A stretch of DNA of 64,000 nucleotides from an uncultured Clostridia bacterium. Lineage in GTDB: Bacteria; Bacillota; Clostridia; TANB77; CAG-508. Positions 19,126 through 30,088 of the stretch are shown piece by piece. The translations under genes and the position numbers were made by a program. Each line of letters opens with the position of its first letter. Positions within the stretch are counted from its first letter, which is position 1. The notes beneath the pieces were generated by a model, which was not told the DNA's origin, did not search any database, and saw nothing but the letters and a program-made list of their open reading frames with translations. The stretch covers positions 57,020 to 121,019 of the forward strand of contig CANQQQ010000001.1 in assembly GCA_947626025.1 (NCBI GenBank), written 5' to 3'.

Positions 19126-20853
19126 CTATTCTGTTAATTTTAATATTTCTCTTTTTAAAGCTTTTGCTTGCCTCTTAGCATCTCGTAAGCTATTTCCTTT
19201 AACACCTATATAGAATTTTATTTTTGGCTCTGTTCCTGATGGTCTTACACAACACCATGCATCATTTGATAATTCATAATATAATACATCGGCTACTGGT
19301 AACCCAGTATTTGAAGTTTGACCTGTGCTAAGTTCTTTTCTTTCTTGTATCCTATAATCTCTAATTGCCATTACTTCCCAATCGCCTAGAATTACAGGTG
19401 CATTATTTCTCATCCTCGTCATTATATTCTGTATTTTAATTGCCCCATCTATTCCTTCTAAAGTTATCCCTATAACTTCTTCACGATAATATCCATATTT
19501 CATATATATATTAAGCATTTGATCCCACAAAGTTAATCCTTGCTTTTTATAATAAAGTGCAGCCTCACAAGCAACCATTGCTGCTGCCACTCCATCTTTA
19601 TCTCTTGCATAAGTTCCCATTAGTGAACCATAGCTTTCCTCGTAGCCATATATAAATTGGTGTTTATGATTTTGTTCAAATAATTTAATCTGCTCTCCTA
19701 TATATTTGAAACCTGTTAACACTTCTATTAATGTTATATCATATTCTTTAGCCATTCTAGAAGCCATATTTGATGAAACTATAGTTTTTATAAGTGCCCC
19801 TTTCTTTGAAAGTAAACCTTTTTCTTTTTTCTGGCTTAATTCATATTCAGCTAGTAAAAGTGCTGACATATTTCCTGTGAATTCCTTATATTCTCCAGTC
19901 TTTACATCTTTTGCATAAATTCCTAATCTATCTCCATCTGGATCAGTTGCTAAAACTATATCTGCATCTACTTTTTTTGCTAACTCTAATGCAAGTTCAA
20001 ATGATTTAGGATCTTCTGGATTTGGTGATACTAAAGTCTTAAATTCTCCATCTAGTTGCTCTTGTTCTGGAACAACATATAGTTTTTCAAAACCTAATTC
20101 TTTTAAAATCCTTTTAACAAGTTCTTTGCCTGTACCATAAAATGGCGTATATACGATTTTTAAGTCTTTTGCCATTTCTTTGACTATTTCTGGATTTAAT
20201 ATAAGTTTTTTTAATTCCTCAATATATTTATCATCTATTTCTTTTCCTATTATATTATATAGCCCTTGTTTTTCTGCTTCTTTTTCAGAAATCAACTTTA
20301 TTTGTGAATAATCTTCAATTTTTTTCATTTCTAGAGCTATTTGCTTGTCTTTTGGTGGTATTATTTGTGCACCATCAGACCAGTAAATTTTGTATCCATT
20401 ATATTCTTGCGGATTATGTGTCGCGGTTATTACAACTCCTGCTATACATTTTAATTCTCTAACTGCAAAAGATAGTTCTGGAGTTGGTCTTAATGCATCA
20501 AATAAATATGTTTTTATTCCGTTAGCATTTAATACTAAAGCTACACGTTTCGCAAATTCAAGAGACATTTTCCTTGAATCATAAGCAATAGCTACTCCTT
20601 GCTTTTGGCCTTTTTCACCTATTATAAAATTTGCTAGTGCTTGAGTTGTCTTTCCTACTGTATAATAATTCATCCTGTTCGTTCCTGCACCCATAATTCC
20701 TCTTAAGCCAGAAGTTCCAAATTCCAAATCTTTATAAAATCTGTCTTTTATTTCATCATTGTTGTTTTCAATTTTAGCCAATTCTTGCTTAGTTTCTTCA
20801 TCAAATATTTCATCATTCATCCATTGTTTATATTTTTTAACATATTCTAACAT
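19126..20853 (-). CDS. phosphoglucomutase/phosphomannomutase (alpha-D-phosphohexomutase, PgcA-like)
   Basis: 575 aa; GTSGLRG active-site-serine loop and the ITATHNP-type phosphoserine region. Confidence 0.85.
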   Translation of the reverse strand: MLEYVKKYKQWMNDEIFDEETKQELAKIENNNDEIKDRFYKDLEFGTSGLRGIMGAGTNRMNYYTVGKTTQALANFIIGEKGQKQGVAIAYDSRKMSLEFAKRVALVLNANGIKTYLFDALRPTPELSFAVRELKCIAGVVITATHNPQEYNGYKIYWSDGAQIIPPKDKQIALEMKKIEDYSQIKLISEKEAEKQGLYNIIGKEIDDKYIEELKKLILNPEIVKEMAKDLKIVYTPFYGTGKELVKRILKELGFEKLYVVPEQEQLDGEFKTLVSPNPEDPKSFELALELAKKVDADIVLATDPDGDRLGIYAKDVKTGEYKEFTGNMSALLLAEYELSQKKEKGLLSKKGALIKTIVSSNMASRMAKEYDITLIEVLTGFKYIGEQIKLFEQNHKHQFIYGYEESYGSLMGTYARDKDGVAAAMVACEAALYYKKQGLTLWDQMLNIYMKYGYYREEVIGITLEGIDGAIKIQNIMTRMRNNAPVILGDWEVMAIRDYRIQERKELSTGQTSNTGLPVADVLYYELSNDAWCCVRPSGTEPKIKFYIGVKGNSLRDAKRQAKALKREILKLTE

Positions 20854-20962
20854 CTCTAAGCCCCCTTTTATGGTTAATTAATCCATCGGAGCATATACTA
20901 GTTAGCCTGACCAATATTGTTATATCACAAAAATCGACATTTGTAAATATTTGTATAAATTT

Positions 20963-22648
20963 TTATAATGATTTCATTATATCTTTTAGATTTAATTGTA
21001 TATTCTTCATTCCATTATATTCGTTTATTTCTAAACTTCCTATTACATCTATTCTATCACCTATTCTGTATTCTTGAACTTTTTCTCCCATATTAAAACC
21101 TATAGTGCTAATAACCATGTTATCATCTCTTAAGTTCATTTTTAAATGTTTTCCTTCTGTCAATGCTCTTATAGAATCTATTTTTAAATTTTTAAAGCAA
21201 AAAATTGGCATTCTATTTACTTCTCCAAATGGCTCTAAAGCCTCTAATTCTTGAACTGTTTTTATATTTATATCTTTTAAACTAGCAACTACATCAATCA
21301 TAATAATTTGTCTTATTTGACTTATGTCTATTGATTTTAAATAATCATTTAATTCTTTCTTGAATTGTTCAAAATTTTCTTTCTTCAGACTCAATCCTAT
21401 TGCCATAGCATGTCCGCCAAATTTTTCAAGCTTTCCACTGCATTTTAATACTGCCTCGTGTAAATCTATCCCTGGAATACTTCTTCCTGATCCTTTCCCT
21501 TCTTCTCCTTCAAATCCTACTAATATACTAGGTTTAAAATACATATCTGTAATTTTAGAGGATACAATCCCTGTTACTCCATGATGCCAACCATCACCGC
21601 CGAGAATTATAGCAGAATTTTTTTCTTCTTCTTCATTTATTTGTTTTATAGCTTCTTCAAAAATTTCCTTTTCTTTTTCTTGTCTTTCTTTATTATATTC
21701 ATTCAAATTTTCTGCATATTTTAGTACTTCTTCTTTATTATTCGATAATAGCAGTTGTAAAGCTTCGTTTGCAAATCCCATTCTTCCACATGCATTTATC
21801 CTTGGAGCTATTCCAAAAGAAATGGTATTCGAGTCAACTGCTGTGTATCCTGATGATACAAGCAATGTTTTTAATCCTAAGTTTTTTGTTACATTAATCA
21901 GTTTAAGTCCCAATTTTGCAATAACTCTATTTTCATCTATTAAAGGAACTATATCTGATATTGTTCCTAAACATACTAAATCTAAATATTTTAAATACTC
22001 TTTTTCATCTAATCCTAATTTTATACTTAAAGCTTGTATTAACTTGAATACTACTCCAACTCCTGCTAATTGATTAAATGGGTATTTATTAGTTTTAATC
22101 TTAGCATCTACTACAGCAAATGCATTAGGCACAATATTCCCTGGTTCATGATGGTCTGTAATTATTGTCTCAATTCCTAATTTCTTTGCATATTCGGTTT
22201 CTTCTACTCCAGATATACCGCAATCAACTGTAATCATTAATTGTATACCTAAGGTAGCTATTTCTTCTATTGCTTCTTTACTTAGTCCATATCCTTCTTT
22301 TAATCTATTTGGAATATGATATTCTGCATTTATCCCTCTCTCTGCTAAAAACTTTTTTAATACAGTTGTACTTGTTATTCCATCTACGTCATAGTCCCCA
22401 TAAATTAATATTTTCTCTTTGTTCTCTATTGCTTTTATTATTCTATCAACAGCTTTTTCCATATCAGGCATTAAAAAAGGATCATAAAAATTATTCCTTT
22501 TTGGGTTTAAATATATATCTATTTTTCTGTCCTCTGTTAATCCTTTATTTATTAATATTTGTGCTAGTAATTTACTAATCTTAAATGTATTAGAGATTTT
22601 TTCTGCTAACTTATTGTCAGGCTCATAATACTGCCAGTTTTTGTTCAT
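20963..22648 (-). CDS. recJ: single-stranded-DNA-specific exonuclease RecJ (DHH/DHHA1)
   Basis: 561 aa; ILIYGDYDVDGITS and TDHHEPG DHH motifs and a DHHA1-like C-terminal region. Confidence 0.75.
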   Translation of the reverse strand: MNKNWQYYEPDNKLAEKISNTFKISKLLAQILINKGLTEDRKIDIYLNPKRNNFYDPFLMPDMEKAVDRIIKAIENKEKILIYGDYDVDGITSTTVLKKFLAERGINAEYHIPNRLKEGYGLSKEAIEEIATLGIQLMITVDCGISGVEETEYAKKLGIETIITDHHEPGNIVPNAFAVVDAKIKTNKYPFNQLAGVGVVFKLIQALSIKLGLDEKEYLKYLDLVCLGTISDIVPLIDENRVIAKLGLKLINVTKNLGLKTLLVSSGYTAVDSNTISFGIAPRINACGRMGFANEALQLLLSNNKEEVLKYAENLNEYNKERQEKEKEIFEEAIKQINEEEEKNSAIILGGDGWHHGVTGIVSSKITDMYFKPSILVGFEGEEGKGSGRSIPGIDLHEAVLKCSGKLEKFGGHAMAIGLSLKKENFEQFKKELNDYLKSIDISQIRQIIMIDVVASLKDINIKTVQELEALEPFGEVNRMPIFCFKNLKIDSIRALTEGKHLKMNLRDDNMVISTIGFNMGEKVQEYRIGDRIDVIGSLEINEYNGMKNIQLNLKDIMKSL

Positions 22649-22664
22649 ACAATTTTCCTTCCTA

Positions 22665-23000
22665 TTATTGAATTATATCTTGTACTGCTTCTCCTAATAT
22701 TTTATTTATATCTGATAACATTGTATTAAATTTTAATTCAGTATCTAAATATTTCTTAGTTATATCATTTTGTATTAGTTCTAAATATATCTTTTGTAAG
22801 TTTTCCACTTGCTCTTTGGTTGGTTCTTCTCCTTTCATTGTAGATATTTGAGTTTCATATCTAGCTTTTTCAAAATCATCTATTTTCTTTTTTAATTCTA
22901 TATTTTGTTTTACAACTTCTTTCATTTTTTGATATTCTGAATATTCTTCTGATGCTTTTATTTCTTTTGCTAATTGATTTACTGTATCATATACATTCAT
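22665..23000 (-). CDS. YmcA/YlbF-like UPF0342 family protein
   Basis: 111-aa helical protein; the N-terminus MNVYDTVNQLAKEIKASEEYSEY resembles the UPF0342 (YmcA) family. Confidence 0.45.
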   Translation of the reverse strand: MNVYDTVNQLAKEIKASEEYSEYQKMKEVVKQNIELKKKIDDFEKARYETQISTMKGEEPTKEQVENLQKIYLELIQNDITKKYLDTELKFNTMLSDINKILGEAVQDIIQ

Positions 23001-23112
23001 TTTATTCCTCCTTAATTTTTTATGCTATTTTACAATTGATGTCCAATTATAAATTCTTCTCCATTTTATTATTACCATAAATTAACTAAATTTGCATCGT
23101 TCTTATATTATT

Positions 23113-23147
23113 AACAATGGATTGCATTACCCATGCAATCCATTGTT
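23113..23147. terminator. perfect 15-bp-stem hairpin downstream of the GT4 gene
   Basis: AACAATGGATTGCAT-TACCC-ATGCAATCCATTGTT; no clean U-tail, so the terminator call is tentative. Confidence 0.4.
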
Positions 23148-23151
23148 ATAA

Positions 23152-24432
23152 TTACGCATAAGTGGTTTCTTGTTTGACAAAGTTTATCAAATTTGATTGT
23201 CTTAGCTTTTTTGTTTTCTTCGCGCGTTCTTGTTCAATTTCTTTTGCTTGTTTTTCCGCAACTGTTTCGCATATTGCTTTTTGATATATAAAATGTGTAT
23301 CTTGTGCAATTTTTGTCCAATTATATACTTCTTTCACTTTTGCTTTTCCATTTTTTGCAACATTATATGCTAACTGATGATCAAATAATAGTGCTAGTAT
23401 TGAATCAGCTAACGAATTAGAATTTCCAGCATAGCTTTTCATTCCTGTTACACCATGTTCAACAATTTCATTTAGTCCTCCAACATCTGAAACAACTATT
23501 GGTGTACCTGCATACATTCCTTCTATTGCCACTAGACCAAAAGGTTCATAAGTACTAGGAAATACTGCAATATCTGCACATCTATACATTGTATATAATT
23601 CTTTAGGGGTTAATTGCCCTGTAAAATATACTTTATCTGTTATTCCTAAATAATTAGCTTTTGCTCTAAGTTCCTCTAACATCCCACCTTTTCCTGCTAT
23701 TATAAATTTTACATCATTATAATTTCTTAAAATTTTTGGTGCTGCATCTATTAAATATTGGAAACCTTTTTCATATACAAGTCTTCCTGCACACATAACT
23801 ATCTTTTCATTATCTCTAGCATATCTTCTTCTAAATTCATAATTTCTTTCTATCCCATTATAAATATTTAAATTTATTCCATTTGGAACTACATTGATTT
23901 TTTCAAATGGTAATCCAAATAATCTCTGAACTTCACTTTTCATATAATTACTATTAACTATTACTTCTGATGCTTCATATGTTAACATCCATTCGGTATC
24001 ATTTATGTATCTCTGTTGTTCATCTCTTATTCCGCCATTTCTACCTGATTCTGTTGCATGTATCGTTGCTACCATTGGAATATTATATGAGTTTTTTAAT
24101 GTTTTTGCAGCATTTGCAACAAGCCAGTCATGTGCATGTATTACATCGAATTTTCCATTTTTATTCATTATTTCATTGGCTTTAGCTACTAAATTGAAAT
24201 TTAATTGCAGAATCCAATCTATAAAATTGTTAGGGTTAATAATATAATTGTCTACTCTATATACTTCTACTCCTTTATCATTTTCATAATATGGTACATC
24301 GCCTTCTTTATATGTCACTACTGTTACTTCATGACCATCTTTAATTAGTCTTTTTGATAAATCGTATACTACTTTAGCGATTCCCCCTACAATCCTTGGT
24401 GGATATTCCCATGTAAGCATTAATATCTTCAT
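23152..24432 (-). CDS. glycosyltransferase family 4 (GT-B, retaining)
   Basis: 426 aa; the N-terminal EYPPRIVGGIAKVV and the C-terminal E-x7-E type region are typical of GT4. Confidence 0.75.
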   Translation of the reverse strand: MKILMLTWEYPPRIVGGIAKVVYDLSKRLIKDGHEVTVVTYKEGDVPYYENDKGVEVYRVDNYIINPNNFIDWILQLNFNLVAKANEIMNKNGKFDVIHAHDWLVANAAKTLKNSYNIPMVATIHATESGRNGGIRDEQQRYINDTEWMLTYEASEVIVNSNYMKSEVQRLFGLPFEKINVVPNGINLNIYNGIERNYEFRRRYARDNEKIVMCAGRLVYEKGFQYLIDAAPKILRNYNDVKFIIAGKGGMLEELRAKANYLGITDKVYFTGQLTPKELYTMYRCADIAVFPSTYEPFGLVAIEGMYAGTPIVVSDVGGLNEIVEHGVTGMKSYAGNSNSLADSILALLFDHQLAYNVAKNGKAKVKEVYNWTKIAQDTHFIYQKAICETVAEKQAKEIEQERAKKTKKLRQSNLINFVKQETTYA

Positions 24433-24594
24433 AAATAACCTCCAATAAATATCTTATGTTCTATCAATTTTATTGTATATTAATTTTCTAAAAAAGTAAA
24501 CAAATTTCTACAATTTTTTTATATTTTTTCAAATTAAAAAAGGACAGATACATAATCTATCCATATACTAATTTATTCATTATTTACTAAATAT

Positions 24595-24845
24595 AAATAC
24601 CCCCACATTAGCCGTACTTTCAAGAAATTTTATGGACCTGTTATACACAGGTGGGTGTCTACCTTAATACTCATGGGTTTCTTACTATTTTAATGACAGA
24701 ATTTTGCTTTAAAATTCTTCAAGAAAGTGCAAGCATACACGCCATATCAAGAGCTCGACTCCCGTATCCATTACTTTGTAGGTTCTAAAATTTCTGTCTC
24801 ATAAGCGCACTACGCAGGGATATTTTTATTCTCTCTTTACTTAAA
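24595..24845. other. ORF-free, GC-enriched (about 42% vs about 25% background) 250-bp segment in a 550-bp intergenic region; candidate structured RNA or foreign-DNA remnant
   Basis: No ORF of at least 60 codons on either strand; local GC spike; several short stem candidates (CCTGTTATACACAGG). No match to the consensus of any RNA family checked, including T-box, TPP and SRP (full list in findings). Confidence 0.25.
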
Positions 24846-24979
24846 TATATTATACCATTTTATAATAATTAAATCAATATAAATGTTAAATTTTTTGTAG
24901 GTAATTTTTTTCATTTTTTGATAATGTTTTTATAACTAAATTTTCATATTTTGTACTATATATTAATATACATGTTTAT

Positions 24980-26515
24980 ATGAGTCGTCTTAAACTTTTT
25001 TTATTTAATACAGTTATTTTAACATTAACATCAATTCTAATTAGATCCATTGATATGTTCTTTAGCGTTTATGTAGCAAATAAGATTGGTAGTGAAGGTT
25101 CAGGTCTTTTTGAACTTATAATGTCTGTTTATCTTTTTGCAACTACTATTGCTAATGCTGGTATTAGTCTCGCTGCTACTCGTATTGTTGCAGAAGAGTT
25201 TGATACAAATGGATCTAATGGTGTTATTTCTGCTATGAGAAAATGTATATTTTATAGCTTATTTTTTGGAATATTAGCTGCTATTATATTATTTTCTAGT
25301 GCACCGTTTTTAGTATCCAATTTATTAGCTAACAAAATTTCAGTAAGGCCATTATATATATTAGCAATAAGTCTACCTTTTGTGTCTATAACCACTTCAC
25401 TTTCTGGATATTTTTCTGGTGTAAGAAAAGTTTCAAAAACTTCTCTTGTTAGGATTTCTAGCTTGTTTATCCGCGTAGGATTAACTTGTTTATTTATATA
25501 TATTTTTCCAACTAATAATATAGATTTAGTGTGCACATTTTTAGTGCTTTCTAGTACTATTACAAGTATTTTTGAATTTTTGTCGTCTTATATTCTTTAT
25601 TATATTGATAAGAAAAAGATTTGCTCTTTTGACACAAGAAGTGGTAATTATATCTCAAGGATTTTAAAGATTTCTCTACCTGTTGCTATTACTTCTATTA
25701 TTCGCTCTGGTCTTTCAACTTTGAAACAGTCTTTAATACCAATGAGATTGGAAAAATATACTCATTCATCTAGCTTAGCTTTTTCACAATATGGACTAAT
25801 TAATGGTATGACATTTCCATTGATTATGTTTCCTAGCGTTTTTATAAATTCTTTTGCTGGACTTCTAATACCTGAATTTGCTAGTTTTAAACTTAACGAA
25901 AACTACACTACCATGAATAAGATTATTTGCTTTATTTTTAAAATTGCTTCTGTATTTTCTATTTGCATGATTGGTATATTCCTTACTTTTACTGAAGAAA
26001 TTTGTACTATTGTATATCATAATTTAGAAACAGTACAATTTGTAATTCTATTATGTCCTATACTAATTTTTATGTACTTAGATACTATTATTGATTCAAT
26101 GTTAAAAGGTCTTGATCGTCAAGTTGAAGTTATGTATTGCAATATTGCTGACCTATTTATAACAATTACTTTGATATATTCATTTATTCCGATTTATGGT
26201 ATCTATGGATATATTATAATTTTATATATAAGTGAAATTTTTAATTTCTGTGTTAGCTTATACCAGTTACATAAAGAAACACACTTTCACTTTGATTATG
26301 TATTTTGCGTTGTTTTACCATTAATTTTAGTGCTTATTATAAAATTTATCTTTGATACTTTTGATTATTATCTAACTAGTAGAAAGTTGATTGTAATGAT
26401 AAAAATCGCTGTATTTGTATTTGTTTATTTGTTCTTAATTTTATTTTCTGAATTATTTAAATTACGTAATTCTCCTAATGTTATTGTTACTAATTCAAAA
26501 TATAAGAAAAAATGA
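24980..26515 (+). CDS. SpoVB/MurJ-like polysaccharide biosynthesis protein (MOP flippase family)
   Basis: 511 aa, 12-14 TM; N-terminal LIRSIDMFFSVYVANKIGSEGSGLFELIMSVY typical of SpoVB-like proteins. The only long + strand gene in the first 40 kb. Confidence 0.7.
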   Translation: MSRLKLFLFNTVILTLTSILIRSIDMFFSVYVANKIGSEGSGLFELIMSVYLFATTIANAGISLAATRIVAEEFDTNGSNGVISAMRKCIFYSLFFGILAAIILFSSAPFLVSNLLANKISVRPLYILAISLPFVSITTSLSGYFSGVRKVSKTSLVRISSLFIRVGLTCLFIYIFPTNNIDLVCTFLVLSSTITSIFEFLSSYILYYIDKKKICSFDTRSGNYISRILKISLPVAITSIIRSGLSTLKQSLIPMRLEKYTHSSSLAFSQYGLINGMTFPLIMFPSVFINSFAGLLIPEFASFKLNENYTTMNKIICFIFKIASVFSICMIGIFLTFTEEICTIVYHNLETVQFVILLCPILIFMYLDTIIDSMLKGLDRQVEVMYCNIADLFITITLIYSFIPIYGIYGYIIILYISEIFNFCVSLYQLHKETHFHFDYVFCVVLPLILVLIIKFIFDTFDYYLTSRKLIVMIKIAVFVFVYLFLILFSELFKLRNSPNVIVTNSKYKKK

Positions 26516-26534
26516 AGGGTAGTTTCCCTTCATT
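26514..26534. terminator. bidirectional hairpin between the convergent SpoVB-like and MFS genes
   Basis: GAAGGGTAGTTTCCCTTC hairpin overlapping both stop codons. Confidence 0.45.
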
Positions 26535-27913
26535 CACTTAATCTCTATTGTTGTTTCTCCATTTTTGTCCATTCCTACTGCTATTTCTACTTCTCGTATA
26601 TTTTCTAATTCACTAACTTGTGGAATAAATTCAATATCTTCTTTTCTATATTCTTCTGGCTTTAGTCCTATTCTCGTTTTCATATAGTCTAGTATATTTA
26701 TAAATATAATAAATGCTACTATTCCTATTATTAAAGCACTATAAGCTGTTGTTGTATAATTTAATAATACAGATACAATTAGCGAAATTACCGCCCCTGA
26801 CGTTGCCTCCACTAAACCATTAACTGAATATATCTTTACCGAAATATTTTCATTTGGAAAACTATTTAAATATCGCTTTATTAGTGTATAATATGGTCCT
26901 TTTATTATATTCTGGATTATCATCATAGAAATAGTAATAATAAGTGTTAATTTGTAATTTATATTTATTATAACTGTTAGTCCAATCAGTACTAGAGATA
27001 TTGAATATGTTAGTGAAAATACTGTAAGTAACTTATTACCCAACCTCTTATGAAACCATTGTTGTTTCCATGTTGCAATAGAGGCAAATAGTGTAAATGC
27101 ACCTGAAATAATTCCAAAATATTTCTCTGGAATTTCTATATCTACAAGAATACTACTCGTAATTGTTGAACGTATATATAACATTCCATAGAATACTCCT
27201 GAAAATAATAACAATGCACGTAATCTCTTTGACTTTAATATAAATAAATATTCTTGTTTTGCTAAATCTATTTTGGAAAGTAGTGTTTTTATTGAATGTT
27301 TTTTCTTATCTCTTTGTAATTTAACCTCATAGGGTTCAAATTTGAAAGAAATTAAAGTTCCTATAAGGCAAAATATAAAACATAAACACATTGGAATATA
27401 CCCATTAATTACAAATAAAAAGCCTGTAGTAACTGCTGAAACAGCTTCAAACATATACCAATATGCCGATGATCTTCCATCTATCTTGCCAAAAATTGAG
27501 TTTTTCTTTTCATTATTCTCTATGCACTCATGAAGTATTGTGGCTTCGCATGTACCCTTAAAAGCAAATCCTATCGCCATTATCATATTAAAAATTATGT
27601 AGTTCAGAAATATTGGATAGGACAACATAATATATAGAATACTTATTGAAAGAAATATATTTCCAATAATAGTTCCTTTTCTTTTTCCAATTACATTTAC
27701 TATCATTGGTATAAAAGGTTGAAATATCATTTTGAAAATAAGATAAAATGCATCACCTATAAATATGTCTGAGGCAGATAACCCTTTTATTTGATTCATA
27801 AATAAGAAAATAATTGAATAGTAAAACAATAAATCCCATGAAAACATTTTGTATATGGGATAAATTTTAACATTTTTCTGTTTTGCTAATTTTATTTTTT
27901 CTTCTTCTGTCAT
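26534..27913 (-). CDS. MFS-type transporter
   Basis: 459 aa with about 12 predicted TM helices in two bundles of six. Confidence 0.55.
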   Translation of the reverse strand: MTEEEKIKLAKQKNVKIYPIYKMFSWDLLFYYSIIFLFMNQIKGLSASDIFIGDAFYLIFKMIFQPFIPMIVNVIGKRKGTIIGNIFLSISILYIMLSYPIFLNYIIFNMIMAIGFAFKGTCEATILHECIENNEKKNSIFGKIDGRSSAYWYMFEAVSAVTTGFLFVINGYIPMCLCFIFCLIGTLISFKFEPYEVKLQRDKKKHSIKTLLSKIDLAKQEYLFILKSKRLRALLLFSGVFYGMLYIRSTITSSILVDIEIPEKYFGIISGAFTLFASIATWKQQWFHKRLGNKLLTVFSLTYSISLVLIGLTVIININYKLTLIITISMMIIQNIIKGPYYTLIKRYLNSFPNENISVKIYSVNGLVEATSGAVISLIVSVLLNYTTTAYSALIIGIVAFIIFINILDYMKTRIGLKPEEYRKEDIEFIPQVSELENIREVEIAVGMDKNGETTIEIK

Positions 27914-28027
27914 TTGTTACCCTCACTTTTATGTGATTTTATAACATTAGGAATTTTTTTTCAAGACATATTGTATTTTTAATAATACAATTGGGTACAT
28001 TTTATTGATGTACCCAATTCATATATT

Positions 28028-30016
28028 TCATTCTGTTTTCCACTCTAATGCATTCCATAACTTTTTATAAAAATTATTATTTATTATTAATTTTGACATT
28101 TGATATTTATTATAAATTATATTACTTATATTTTTTACATACGCATCTGTATCTAAATCTTCTGGTATGTCTGTAGAAGGTTGAAATTCGTTTGTTAGCG
28201 AATTATATTTTCCATATGTTGTTATAAAACTTCTATTTGAATATATTACTAATGAAGGGCTATCTGAAAGAATATCTCTACCCATTAATAATCTTGAATC
28301 ATATTCAATTCCAAACAAGTTTAACATTGTTGGCAATAAATCTAAGCTAGATGCTATTTTATCTACTTTTACAGGTTCTTCCATTTCACTATTCCATATT
28401 AGCGCTGTTGAATGATGTTTTTCAAAAGTATCATCTCTTTCAAATTCTGATAATTCATTTATTTCATCAAGAGTGAGTCCATAAGGATAGTGATCTCCAC
28501 TAATTAATATTACAGTATCCTCTAGTTGTCCTGTCTCTTGTAATCGTTCTATTAGTAATGCTACTGCCTTATCTAGTTCCATCTGCGCTGCCAAATATCC
28601 TTTTGCTTTATTAGAATATTCTAAATCTTTTACAGCATCCCAGTTTTTGTTAACTATATTATTACCAGTAGTAGTATATTGTAAATGTCCACTTACAGTC
28701 ATATAATATGCCACAAATTTCTCATGTTCTTCGTTTAAATAATCACTTGTTGTTACATCTATCATATCTAAATCACTGTTTGGCCACTTACTAAGGTCAG
28801 TTCTCTTTTCTAATCCATTGCCTCTCGCTAAATATGAATTATATCCCATTCCCTTTAAATATTTATGTCTATTATAATAGTTATATGAATGATTATGATA
28901 TGCTTGTGACGAATATCCTAACTTTTCAAATATATTAGCATAAGAATATGGCATATAATTATTTTCTACTTTTTCCAGACTCCATGTTCCTTCCTCTGGC
29001 AATAATGATGTATCAGTTATATATTCTCCATCAGCAGTACTAACAGGGAATAGCGGTGTATAAAAGTTATTAAACTGAAAGCCTTCTGAGTATAATTTAT
29101 ATAAAGTTGGAGTTACTTTTTCATCAATAGCTAAGTCTGTAAATGCTTCTGCAACAAAAACTACTAAATTTTTTCCTTCAAACATTCCTGTATATTCGTT
29201 CTTTTTACTTGGTTCTTGACTTGCAATATATTTATAAATATTAATCATATTTTTATCATTTTCTTTGCTTATTAAATTTTCCCAATCAATGTCTAGAGCA
29301 TTATATTCTACTTCTTCTTCATCTGATTTTTCTTCTATATGTATAGTTTCTTCATTAGTCGTTAATGTAGTTTTTTCCTCAAATCCAAATAATAATCTTT
29401 GTAAATCCAATCTCATAGTTGTTAAAATTCCAAAATTATTAGCAGAAATAGTTGGTGCATTTATATTATAATATAAGTTTCTATTTGAATATATCTCATT
29501 AGGGTCTGTATTAATTATAAAAATTAAAGCTACTATCTGCGCAATTAATCCAATTATTATTGAATTTAATTTTCGTTTTGGTTTTACGTTGTTAAAATTA
29601 ATTCTTTTTGTTCTATGTAATACCACAAGACCAATAATAGGCAATATGAATAGTATAATTACATACCATTTATTTAATGCAGTTTCTATTATTGTCCCTG
29701 TGAATTGCAATACTTGCCCCGCAGCATTAGTTGCAGAATAAAATGAAATTATTGCTTGATATATATTATAATAAATGAATTGTGCTATAAAAGTACTTAT
29801 TAACATTATAGTAAATGTATAAGTAAGAAATATGTTAAGTTTTCTTTTTATATTTGTTAATAAAAGTAATATTGCAGAAAATAGCATACTAAATAATATT
29901 ACATATCCTAATGATTTAACTGAGTTGAATATTGCTAAGGAAAAAACTATTTCTTCATATATTATAAATAAAATCCACAGAATAAATTTATTTATTTTTT
30001 TCATTATTACTATCAT
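28028..30016 (-). CDS. LTA synthase family protein (LtaS-like polyglycerolphosphate transferase / sulfatase-fold)
   Basis: 662 aa; five N-terminal TM helices plus a C-terminal sulfatase-like domain (NLVVFVAEAFTD ... GDHYPYG). Confidence 0.8.
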   Translation of the reverse strand: MIVIMKKINKFILWILFIIYEEIVFSLAIFNSVKSLGYVILFSMLFSAILLLLTNIKRKLNIFLTYTFTIMLISTFIAQFIYYNIYQAIISFYSATNAAGQVLQFTGTIIETALNKWYVIILFILPIIGLVVLHRTKRINFNNVKPKRKLNSIIIGLIAQIVALIFIINTDPNEIYSNRNLYYNINAPTISANNFGILTTMRLDLQRLLFGFEEKTTLTTNEETIHIEEKSDEEEVEYNALDIDWENLISKENDKNMINIYKYIASQEPSKKNEYTGMFEGKNLVVFVAEAFTDLAIDEKVTPTLYKLYSEGFQFNNFYTPLFPVSTADGEYITDTSLLPEEGTWSLEKVENNYMPYSYANIFEKLGYSSQAYHNHSYNYYNRHKYLKGMGYNSYLARGNGLEKRTDLSKWPNSDLDMIDVTTSDYLNEEHEKFVAYYMTVSGHLQYTTTGNNIVNKNWDAVKDLEYSNKAKGYLAAQMELDKAVALLIERLQETGQLEDTVILISGDHYPYGLTLDEINELSEFERDDTFEKHHSTALIWNSEMEEPVKVDKIASSLDLLPTMLNLFGIEYDSRLLMGRDILSDSPSLVIYSNRSFITTYGKYNSLTNEFQPSTDIPEDLDTDAYVKNISNIIYNKYQMSKLIINNNFYKKLWNALEWKTE

Positions 30017-30088
30017 TCCTTTTCAATTTAAGTCTATATATGAAAATTTAATGTGTTTTTGTAATACATGTCCTGCTTTTATACTATA

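Noticed and set aside
24595-24845. Partial resemblance of the minus-strand sequence TGAGACAGAAATTTTAGAACCTACAAAGTAATGGATACGGGAG to the TPP riboswitch (CTGAGA ... GAACCTGATC ... GCGTAGGGA)
   Set aside because: The ACCC P3 element and the GGGGTGCC P2 strand are missing. The similarity is limited to short words, so no TPP riboswitch call was made.
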